Of a stretch of 64,000 nucleotides of DNA, positions 53,856-64,000 are shown one piece after another. Positions within the stretch are counted from its first letter, which is position 1; every line of letters begins with the position of its first letter. Source of the DNA: Malacoraja senta (lineage: Eukaryota); contig CM075997.1 of NCBI GenBank assembly GCA_038087875.1, forward strand, positions 8,744,001 through 8,808,000, read 5' to 3'. The notes under the pieces are model-generated. The model was given only the letters and a program-made list of their open reading frames with translations, was not told where the DNA came from and did not search any database. The position numbers and the translations under genes are program-made.

Positions 53856-53874
53856 TGGGGGCTCGTCTTGGGAT
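53856..53874 (+). promoter_or_regulatory. ERV-C primer-binding site, tRNA-Pro
   Basis: TGGGGGCTCGTCTTGGGAT versus the canonical tRNA-Pro PBS TGGGGGCTCGTCCGGGAT. Confidence 0.88.
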
Positions 53875-54139
53875 CGCCACTCCGGCCAGCTGGCGGCGGT
53901 ATACAGGAGAAGGGATGGTGCACCCCGCTGATTCAGCGGCCCCTAGACCCCTTGCTTGCCGTCAGCGGTTTGAGCGAGTGATATCCAGGACCAGAGATTA
54001 GAGAAACAAGTGGGAGTATTTGGAAATCGTGAGGAGCCAAATCGAGTGATTCTTGTGCACAACACCCGGGTAAGAAAAACTGACTATTAAGTACTACTCG
54101 GGCGATTAAATAGATCGGGGGGAAATTCCGATCGGGAGG

Positions 54140-55814
54140 ATGGGCAAGGAAATTGGAAAGCCCAAAAGGGAGGGGAAGGGCGGTTAGCCCGATCCCCGCA
54201 TTCTGCCTGATAGTCCGTTGGGGCGAATGCTGAGCCTCTGGGGGCAGAGAAATACCCAGGGATTGGAGAAGACAAAAATGATTCGATTCTGTTATTTTGA
54301 GTGGCCAAAACACCCGATCAAAGGAGACTCGGTCTGGTGGCCGAAGAATGGGTCAGATAAGGATTGGGTGCGACAGGCATTGAATGTATATGTGAAGAAT
54401 AAACCCAACCTGTTGATAGAAGAAACCACGTATGCCGCGGTATGGGAGACGGGATGTAATTTGTTAAAATTAAAAGAAGAGGCTGAATAGTCAAGCCCCT
54501 CTTCACCTCCTCCCTATGTACACCCACCACCCGGAGTAGCGCCACCGATCCCACCCCTGCCTCCACTTGCGGCGGCGGTGGAAGAGGTGACACCCGGACC
54601 CGCTCACGTGGTAAGGAGAAAGGTCAGGGTAAAACAAGAACCTAATAACGATGTTACTGACGGTGATGACACCGACAGTGAACAATCGGACCCCAGGAGT
54701 GAGGACGAGAAGGAGATGGAAAGACAGGAGGCGGCTGGGGTAGATGAATTAAATCCCCCGCCACCGGGAGAGGGAGTCAGGAGGTCGGTCAGAGTAAGAA
54801 AAATACCGATAAAAATTAGAACCCTAAGGGAGGTACCCATCGGAGGACTCCACGGGGGAATGGGATTTGTTAATGTCCCCTTAACCAGTACCGAGGTAAG
54901 GAACTTCAAGAAGGAGATGAAAAGCCTCCTTGAAGATCCTTTAGGTCTGGCGGAACAGATAGATCAATTCCTTGGGCCAAACACTTATACATGGGATGAG
55001 TTGATGGCCATTATGGGGAATCTCTTCACATCAGAGGAGAGGCAAATGATTAGGGCAGCGGCAATGAAAAAGTGGGCACAGGAGAACCCGCCAGGGCAGC
55101 AAAATGTGGCGCCCGCAGATAAATTCCCAGTACAAGAGCCAGATTGGGACAAGGGGACAGCAGCAGGACGAGGGAATATGAGGGACCTGCGGGATATAAT
55201 TATAAAAGGGATTAGAGAGGGAGTACCCAAAGGACAGAATTTTGAACGAGCATTTGAAAATGGACAGCAGAAAGACGAGGCCCCGACAGTGTTCCTTCAA
55301 AGACTCAGGAAGAACATGCAACAGTATTCCGGAATAGATCCGGACTCAGAGGCAGGATAACAACTGCTCAGGGCCAATTTCGTGACCAAATCCTGGCCTG
55401 ATGTAAGGAAGAAGTTAGAAAAGATGCATGATTGGAATGAGAAACTACTGCCTCAGTTACTTACGGAGGCCCAGAAAGTGTACGTGCGAAGGGATGAGGA
55501 AAAACAGAAGGGAAAGGCAAAGATTATGTTGCAGGCAGTAAAGCAAGTAGTAGACAAGGAAAAGGGAGGTACAGGATGGCGAGGGAGTTACTCCCGAGGC
55601 AGGGGAAGAGGACGCGGCAGAGGCCGCGGAAGAGAGGGATATGGAGAAGGATATGGAGAAGGATTCGGCAGGGGCCGGGGAAACACGAGTACGGGACAAA
55701 GTTGGAGGACAGGACCTTCAATATGTTATTTTGTAATAAGGAAGGACATTTCAAAAGGGAGTGCCCTGAGCGTGTAGCGGAGTCCCGTACTACAGTATGA
55801 TGGAGAATGAATAG
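54140..55814 (+). pseudogene. gag: ERV-C gag (stops and a frameshift)
   Basis: Met-Gly start, PDSPLGRML and WWPKNGS matrix motifs, PPPY, capsid MHR-like QQKDEAPTVFLQRL, RG repeats and a split CYFCNKEGHFKREC knuckle. Confidence 0.9.
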
Positions 55815-58800
55815 GGGGGTCAGGGGTTCCCGTCCCTGGGGTCGGGGGACTATAGAAAGGAACCCTTGGTAAATCTAAAAATAGGACCCCAGGGAGAAGA
55901 TACGGTGTTCATGGTAGATTCAGGAGCGGAGCGATCAAGTGTAACCAAAGTACCAATAGGTATGAAGGCAGGACAAGGGAGAATTAAAATTACCGGAGTA
56001 GGGGGGACTGTGATGGTAGCTCCCGAGATAGGAGGCGTGAATGTAAGGTATGGACACCGGGAGGCAGTAGAGGACCTGATCTTAGTACCTCAGGCTGGTA
56101 TAAATTTAATGGGCAGAGATTTACAAATACAATTGGGGATAGGCACAGCACCGGTAGAGGGAAGGATAGTGGTCCAGTTGTATACTCTAAGAGAGGCGGA
56201 TGAGCAAAGAATTAATGATCAAGTATGGGCCAAGGAAGGAAACAGAGGAGGTTTGCAAATACCCCCTCTACAGATAGTATTAAAGGACAGTGCCGACATA
56301 GTACGAGTAAGACAATACCCCATCTCGACCGAGGGATGAAAAGGCTTACAACCAATCATTGAGAATTTATTGAAGGACGGTGTATTGGAACCATGTATGT
56401 CCCCCTGCAATACTCTGATCCTACCAGTCAGAAAGACCGATGGGACTTTAGACTCGTACAGGACTTGAGGGAATTGAACAAGGTAGTCCGAGCCCAACAC
56501 CCGGTAGTACCTAACCCTTACACCATCATGGGACGGATACCCCCAAGCCACAAATGGTTTAGTGTGGTAGATTTAAAGGACGCTTTCTGGAGTTGTCCGC
56601 TGGCAACAGAGAGTAGAGACTTATTCGCCTTTGAGTGGGAAAACCCTAACACCGGGCGAAAGCAACAATTCCGGGGGGCGGTGCTCCCTCAAGGTTTTAC
56701 AGAATCACCAAATTTATTCGGCCAAATTTTAGAGCAGGTACTGGAGGATTTCCCAGGTCATGGGGAAACGCAACTATTACAGTACGTGGATGACCTTCTC
56801 TTGTCAGGAGAGAGGGAAGAAGAAGTAAGGGATGCCACGATAGTCCTGTTAAACTTCTTGGGGAAGAAGGGGTTAAGGGTGTCCCGTAACAAGCTTCAAT
56901 TTGTGGAACAGGAGGTAAAATATCTAGGACACCTGATAAGCGGTGGAAAGAGACGAATAAACCCCGAAAGGATAGCTGGAATCACGGGAGTACCACTCCC
57001 GAGGAATAAGAAATAAATCTGGAAATTCCTGGGGTTGATAGGATACTGTCGATTGTGGATAGATGATTACGCCCGACAAGTGAAATTCCTGTATGATAAT
57101 TTGGGAGAAGAAAAAGACAAGGTTAAGTGGACCCCTGAACAGGAGGTGGAATTTGGGAAAATAAAGAACAGTCTGATTACTGCTCCCGTGTTGGCCCTAC
57201 CCTCGTTAGAACAACCTTTCCATCTCTTCGTAAATTCAGACAAGGGGGTGGCACTAAGGGTACTTACCCAGAAAAGAGGGGGGAACCGACAGCCGGTGGC
57301 CTTCCTCTCAAAAATATTAGATCCAGTTTCCAGGGGATGGCCGGGATGCATACAAGCGGTAGCATCCACTGCAATATTGGTGGAGGAGAGTAGAAAATTA
57401 ACCTTTGGAGGAGCTTTGGTTGTTTCTACGCCACACACGGTGAGAACCATACTCACTCAGAAATCCAACATATGGTTAACGGACTCTAGAATTTTAAAGT
57501 ACGAGGCCATCCTGATGGAAAAAGACGATTTGACTATAATTACGGATTAGAACCTTAACCCGTCCCAATTCCTATATCCAGCAGAGAAACAGGGCGACGA
57601 GGAAGAGGACCCAGTACACTGCTGTAGTGAAATAATAGATTTACAGACAAAAAGTAGAGAAGACTTGGAAGAACAACCTCTGGCTGATAGCAGCCGGTGG
57701 TTTATAGATGGGTCCTCCAGGTGTATAGATGGAAAAAGACATAGTGGGTACGGTATAGTGAACGGGGAAACTATGGAGGAAATTGAAAGCGGTAGGCTGC
57801 CTGGTAGTTGGTCAGCTCAATCTTGTGAAATATATGCATTAATGAGAGCTTTGGAACTATTGGAGGGGAAGGAAGGAACAGTGTACACCGATTCAAAATA
57901 CGCCTTTGGGGTAGTACACACTTTTGGGAAAATCTGGAAAGAGCGAGGAATGATAACAGCTCGAGGGAAAGAATTAGCGCATGAGCAATTGATAGGACAG
58001 ACACTGGAGGCCTTGCAGAAACCAGAACGAATAGCCATAGCACATGTGGCAGGGCATCAGAAGGGTAACACCCTGGAAGCCCGAGGAAATAGGGCAGCGG
58101 ATGAGGTTGCAAAAAGAGCAGCCACAGAACAGATGGTAGAAATGATGTCACTAATACCTTTAAGGGAACAAGAGGAAAATATACCAATCTTTAGTGAGAA
58201 AGAGCAGGAATACATGAGATAAATGGGAGCCCGGCTTACCCCAAATGGGAAATGGTGGACACCGGACGGAAAGCAGCTATTGAACAAAGAAATTATAAGG
58301 GAGTTATTAGGGAGGCTGCACGGGCAAAACCATTGGGGAACCCAAGCCCTCTGTGACACCCTCCTCAGAACCTACGCTTGCCGTGGGATGTATACCATGG
58401 CCAAACAAGTCATAGGGGGCTGTGTAATATGTCAGCGAATTAACAAGAAAATCATGAGAGCAGTCCCGGGAGGAGGACAACCATTGGCAATTAGGCCCTT
58501 CCAAAGAATACAGGTAGATTTCACCGAGTTGCCCGGGTACAAAGATGGAAGTACCTGTTAGTGGTAGTGGACCATTTCACTAGATGGGTAGAGGCATTCC
58601 CCACAGCAACTGCCACCTCACAGGTGGTAGCCAAGGTATTATTGGAGCAAATTATACCCAGATATGGGATTGTGGAAACAATAGACTCGGATAGAGGGAC
58701 CCATTTTGCCTCCAAAACACATAAAATGATATGTGAAGCACTAGGAATTGAATGGAAATTGCATACACCGTGGCATCCCCAGAGCTCCGGAAAGGTGGAG

Positions 58801-59355
58801 AGAATGAATGGCACCTTGAAGATCCAAATCACCAAGTTGATAGAGGAAACGAGACTCCCCTGGACTAAGTGCCTCCCGATAGCCTTGTTGAGAATCCGCA
58901 CGGCACCTCGGAAAGACATAGGGGTATCACCATATGAAATGTTATTCGGGCTCCCATACTTAGGAAAGATAGAAGGGGTCCCAACAATACAAGGGAATGA
59001 TGTATTCCTAAGGAACTATTTACTGGCGTTATCCCAATCTCTTGCAGAATTAAAAACTAAAGGATTGCTGGCCCAGAGCCCGCCACTGGACTTCCCGATA
59101 CATTCAGTCAAGGCTGGAGACTGGGTATTAATAAAAACGTGGAAAGAAGAAAAGTTGCAACCTAGGTGGACTGGACCCTACCTGGTGTTACTAATCACCG
59201 AGACAGCAGTACGAACAAAAGAGAAAGGGTGGACACACGCAAGCCGATTTAAGGGTCCTGTGGAGGCTCCACCAGACAATATCAGCCCGTGGACTGTGCG
59301 AAAAGGGAAGGAACCATTGACTTTGGTATTTACCAAGACCCCGCACGGAAAATGA
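55815..59355 (+). pseudogene. pol: ERV-C pro-pol (protease, RT, RNase H, integrase) with several stops and frameshifts
   Basis: VDSGA; LPQGF, QYVDD; FIDGS, YTDSKY; H..H..C..C; VDF, DSDRG, VERMN; WTGPY. Confidence 0.94.
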
Positions 59356-61255
59356 AGACTTCATGCTGGTGGATCGTGTGTTGGGTGGTTACCCAACTCG
59401 TGAGTAATATAACATGTATAAAAATCACAATACCACAGAATAGAAAGTCCACCACCATCCCATTTAATGTATGTAAAGGAAAATGGTGGTGTGGCTATAG
59501 GATGTATGTATGCACCCATCCTTGTAGAAATTGGCACGCGGTGTTCACTTCATCAAGAGATGGGTGGCATAAGCCCACCTATCAAACTGATAGGTGGAGA
59601 GTATATAAAAACCCAAATGAGGGATTGCCAGGACGCATATATGTAAGCATACAGAGTGTTCAAATGCAGGAAAGTGGTATGTATTGGATATGTGCAGATA
59701 GAACAGGGAAGGACGCATGCCTGAGGTTTGAGATAGAAGTGAAGCGGGACGGGAATATGGTAAAATATGAGGATGGGAGGGAAAGGTTCCAGATAGATGA
59801 CAGTCAGAGAAGGGATCCCTGGGCAACACCAGCACCACCGGTAGTCAGAAATGTCACCACGGAAAATGAGCCTAAGGATTTGAAGATAATGATAGTAGCA
59901 GGAGAAACAGAATTAAGGCAATTATATGAGGAGGGAATACCTACAGGAGGAAAGGGAGCCAACACCTGGCTTGCCTGGATGATGTACACGGCCAGGAGTA
60001 TGCAACACACCAATTGCTACGCCTGCGCCGGAGCTAAGCCTCAGCTGGTTCCAGTACCATTTCCCTTGAATTGGGATAGGACACCTGGGGCTATGCCATG
60101 TATACTACAGCTATTCACGAATCCCATCCTACCAAAGGATGCGACCTGCCAGAGTTATCATTACCTATTCCCGGCTAGCAACAACAATACAAAGGGCCGA
60201 AGGACAGACCCTCGACCTCCTCCATTTAGCACTCCCCTTGGGCAGGAGGGATTTGAGTGCTATACCAGATATAACCCAGATGGACAGAAATGGGGGAGGT
60301 GCTCAACTGCAATCAGACGTATAACATAACGGCTGAGGAACAGGGGCCACTGTTCAAAAGCTCCTGGCTGAGAAAGCAGAAAGTCAGTAGAGCTGATGTC
60401 TGGTGGTGGTGCGGGGAGAATACCCTGTGGCCCCGGTTACCGGGGTCATGGACGGGAACCTTTACCCTCACACAACTGATGATGCCCTTCACCATAGCAG
60501 TAGAACATGCTGTAGAACTCAATGAAGGAAGCCGACGACAAAAGAGAGGGGTGAAAGGATTATTCGACACACACATATATATAGATGCGATAGGGGTGCC
60601 AAGAGGGGTACCCGATGAATTCAAAGCCAGAAACCAGATAGCTGCGGGCTTTGAGTCCATACTCTTCTGGTGGTCCACAATTAATAAAAATGTGGACTGG
60701 ATCAACTACCTATACTACAATCAACAACGCGTTATAAATTACACTCGAGATGCGGTTGAAGGATTAGCGGAACAAATGACAGATACCAGCCTAATGGCCT
60801 GGCAAAATCGCATGGCCTTAGACATGCTACTGGCTGAGAAGGGAGGGGTGTGTGTAATGTTTGGGGAACAATGTTGCACCTTCATCCCCAACAACACTGC
60901 TCCTGATGGGTCAGTATCGAGAGCCCTAGCAGGTCTCACCTCCCTGTCTATCGAATTGCCCGAGAACTCCGGACTAGACGCCTCCTGGACCGGGTTTCTA
61001 GACTCCTGGTTTGGGAAATGGAAGCACATCTTTTCATCAGCCCTAACATCAGTAGTAGTTATGATGGGGTTGCTGTGCCTATTTGGATGTTGTATCATTC
61101 CCTGCGTACGGGGGTTGTCTCAGCGATTGATAGAGACAGCCCTGACCAAGAATGACGCCGCCATGATGGCCTTTAGAACACAGTATGACCAGCGAGAGGA
61201 AGATAGGGAAGCGAAGAATCTGCTGTTAGCATTAGAAAAGGGGGAGGTAGTATAA
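59352..61255 (+). pseudogene. env: ERV-C gamma-type env with an N-terminal Ig-like module (one frameshift near 60290)
   Basis: Signal peptide MKTSCWWIVCWVVTQLVSNITC; CYAC; RRQKR; WQNRMALDMLLAEKGG; CVMFGEQCC; TM anchor. Confidence 0.92.
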
Positions 61256-61289
61256 ATCAAAGGAGCGAAGCAAAAGTAAAAGTGTGGAT

Positions 61290-61821
61290 TGTGAGGAAGG
61301 GGTTAATAGGTATAGTTGATTTAAACTAAGAACCCTTTGTTTCGTAGAAAGATGTGTTCATCATCACGAACACCTGACACACGGATAGATAACAGCCATG
61401 AGTACAAATGGTGACATTTCAAGGATTAGAAAAAAGGAGATAAGAGACAGTCTGGGATAGAACTGGGATAAAGGTCATGAACAACTCTCTATGCGCTTGC
61501 GCAATGAGATAAATGAATATTGCAAACACGGCCATCATGACTAGATGTCTCATTTAAATGTACATGCGATGTATGATGTGGGAGGCACCAGGGGCGGTAC
61601 CTGTAGAGTGTGCACCTCAGTGCTCTGAATTGAAAGGAGCCCGAAGGGGAGGAATAAATGTAACAAATGTAAAATGATATGAATAAAAGAGAGTGACTTC
61701 CCGACCTCGGTGTGTCTCGACAGGGGAGACACCCGACTCTGCAGACTTGCTAATAAATAAACTTGTTTCTCTAAATTCTCTAGCATCGTGATTGTGAGCA
61801 CTCACTATTTTACACCTAACA
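61290..61821 (+). repeat. ERV-C 3' LTR (532 bp)
   Basis: Direct repeat of the 5' LTR, preceded by a degenerate purine tract. Confidence 0.96.
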
Positions 61822-62715
61822 AGCCGCAAGACACACACTTTTTGTAAACATTTTAGAACCAAGACACACACTTTTTGCAAACATTTTAGAACCAAGACAC
61901 ACACATTTTGCAGACATTTTAGAACCAAGACACACACTTTTTGCAAACATTTTAGAACCAAGACACATTTTTTGCAAACATTTTAGAACCAAGACACACT
62001 TTTTGCAAACATTTTAGAACCAATACACACTTTTTGTAAACATTTCCGAATCAAGACACACAATTTTTGCAAACATTTTAGAACCAAGACACACACTTTT
62101 TGTAAACATTTTAGAACCAAGACACACACTCTTTGTAAACATTTTAGAACCAAAAATCACACTATTTGAAACATTTTATAACCAAAACACTTTTTGCAAA
62201 CATTTTAGAACCAAAACACTTTTTTGCAAACATTTTAGAACCAAAACACTTTTTAAAACATTTTAGAACGAAGACACACTTTTTGCAAACATTTTAGAAC
62301 CAAGACACACACTTTTTGCAAACATTTCAGAACCAAGCCACACACTTTTTGCAAACATTTTAGAACCAAAACACTTTTTGCAAACATTTTAGAACCAATA
62401 CACACACTTTTTGCAAACATTTCAGAACCAAGACACAATTTTTGCAAACATTTCAGAACCAAGACACACACTTTTTGCAAACATTTTAGAACCAAGACAC
62501 ACACGTTTTGCAAACATTTTAGAACCAAGACACACACATTTTGAAAACATTTTAGAACCAAAACACTTTTTGCAATCATTTTAGAACCAAAATACATTTT
62601 GCAAACGTTTTAGAACCAAGCCACAATTTTTGCAAATGTTTCAGAACCAAGACACACACTTTTTGCAAACAATTTAGAAGCAAGACACACAATTTTTGCA
62701 AACATTTTTGAACCA

Positions 62716-63500
62716 TATAACCATATAACCATAACAGCACGGAAACAGGCCATCTCGGCCCTTCAAGTCCGTGCCGAACATTTTTTAAATTTTTTTTTTT
62801 TAATTAAAAATAAATACTTCCCGCTAGTCCCATCTACCTGCACTCAGACCATAACCCTCCATTCCTTTCCCGTCCATATACCCATCCAATCTATTTTTAA
62901 AGCATAACATCGAACCTGCCTCCACCACTTCCACTGGAAGCTCATTCCACACAGCTACCACTCTCTGAGTAAAGAAGTTCCCCCTAATGTTCCCCCTAAA
63001 CTTCTGTCCCTTAATTCTCAAGTCATGTCCCCTTGTTTGAATCTTCCCTACTCTCAATGGGAAAAGCTTATCCACGTCCACTCTGTCTAACCCGCTCATA
63101 ATTTTAAAGACCTCTATCAAGTCCCCTCTTAACCTTCTGCGCTCCAAAGAATAAAGACCTAACTTGTTCAACCTTTCTCTGTAACCTAGTTGCTGAAACC
63201 CAGGCAACATTCTAGTAAATCTCCTCTGTACTCTCTCTATTTAGTTAACATCCTTCCTATAATTAGGCGACCAAAATTGTACTCCATACTCCAGAATTGG
63301 CCTCACCAATGCCTTGTACAATTTAACATTACATCCCAACTTCTATATTCAATGCTCTGATTTATAAAGGTCAGCACACCAAAAGCTTTCTTTACCACCC
63401 TATCTACATGAGATTCCACCTTCAGGGAACTATGCACAGTTATTCCTAGATCCCTCTGTTCAACTGCATTCCTCAATTCGCTACCATTTACCGTATGGTA
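62716..63500 (-). mobile_element. CR1 3' fragment inserted in the satellite (same family as 36746-39480 and 28282-28953)
   Basis: ORF ending GYGLSAGRWD; atataacc tail on +; probable TSD AACCA. Confidence 0.93.
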
Positions 63501-64000
63501 AACCAAGACACATTTTTTCAAACATTTTAGAACCAAGACACACACTTTTTGCGAACATTTTAGAAGCAAACACACACTTTTTGTAAACATTTTAGAACCA
63601 AGACACACACTTTTTGCAAACATTTTAGAACCAAGACACACACATTTTGCAAACATTTTAGAACCAAGTCACACACTTTTTGAAAACATTTTAGAACCAA
63701 GACACACACTTTTTGCAAACATTTTAGAACCAAAACACTTTTTGCAAACATTTTAGTACCAAAATATATTTTGCAAACATTTTAGAACCAAGACACACAC
63801 TTTTTGCAAACATTTTAGAACCAATATACACACTTTTTGCAAACATTTCAGAACCAAGACACACACTTTTTGCAAACATTTTAGAACCAAGACACACTTT
63901 TTGCAAACATTTTAGAACCAATACACACTTTTTGTAAACATTTCAGAACCAAGACACACAATTTTTGCAAACATTTTAGAACCAAGACACACACTTTTTG

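Larger units (their letters stand above)
53317..61821 (+). mobile_element. ERV-C: full-length defective gamma/epsilon-like endogenous retrovirus
   Basis: TG...CA LTR pair, tRNA-Pro PBS and gag-TAG-pro-pol-env order. Confidence 0.96.
50388..64000. repeat. AT-rich tandem satellite, ~27-33-bp unit, consensus TTTTTGCAAACATTTTAGAACCAAGACACACAC; interrupted by ERV-C and a CR1
   Basis: Directly visible arrays at ~50388-53316, 61826-62715 and 63501-64000. Confidence 0.97.

Noticed and set aside
53580..53880. ORFs repeated at 53580-53880 and 61550-61961
   Set aside because: Antisense frames in the two LTR copies. The duplication is explained by the LTRs and no domain is recognisable.
54140..59355. 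APOBEC-type hypermutation as the cause of ERV-C stops
   Set aside because: The stops inspected are not at obvious Trp (TGG) positions, and the LTR differences are of mixed types.
59352..61255. Domesticated syncytin-like env
   Set aside because: It has a frameshift near 60290 and lies in a complete provirus within satellite DNA, with no sign of selective preservation. The frameshift is at a G run and should be verified in reads.

Overview
Repeat-dense eukaryotic (vertebrate) DNA. The CR1, Penelope and GPCR families suggest a cartilaginous fish, probably a skate or ray (inference). The only host genes are two tandem minus-strand paralogues of a two-exon rhodopsin-class GPCR of the GPR139-like type expanded in elasmobranchs. 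One is apparently intact as far as visible (exon 1 at 1846-1915; exon 2 runs off the window at position 1). The other is a pseudogene (13658-15509). The rest is transposable elements: many CR1 LINEs, Penelope-like GIY-YIG elements with a hammerhead-like motif, Rex1/Babar, L1, an L2-group LINE, a 7-bp-TSD DNA transposon, three Helitron-type elements and a ~31-bp satellite. There are also three defective class I (gamma/epsilon-like) endogenous retroviruses. Positions 26073-49800 form a four-layer nest (Helitron > ERV-A > ERV-B > CR1/L1) that can be reconstructed from target-site duplications (TSDs). The most interesting signals: (i) ERV-C env begins with a CD300/pIgR-like immunoglobulin V domain; (ii) ERV-B pol carries a 2H phosphoesterase domain (two HxT motifs) between protease and RT; (iii) ERV-C has an unprocessed U5 end and no TSD. 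All domain calls are motif recognition by eye; no searches were run.
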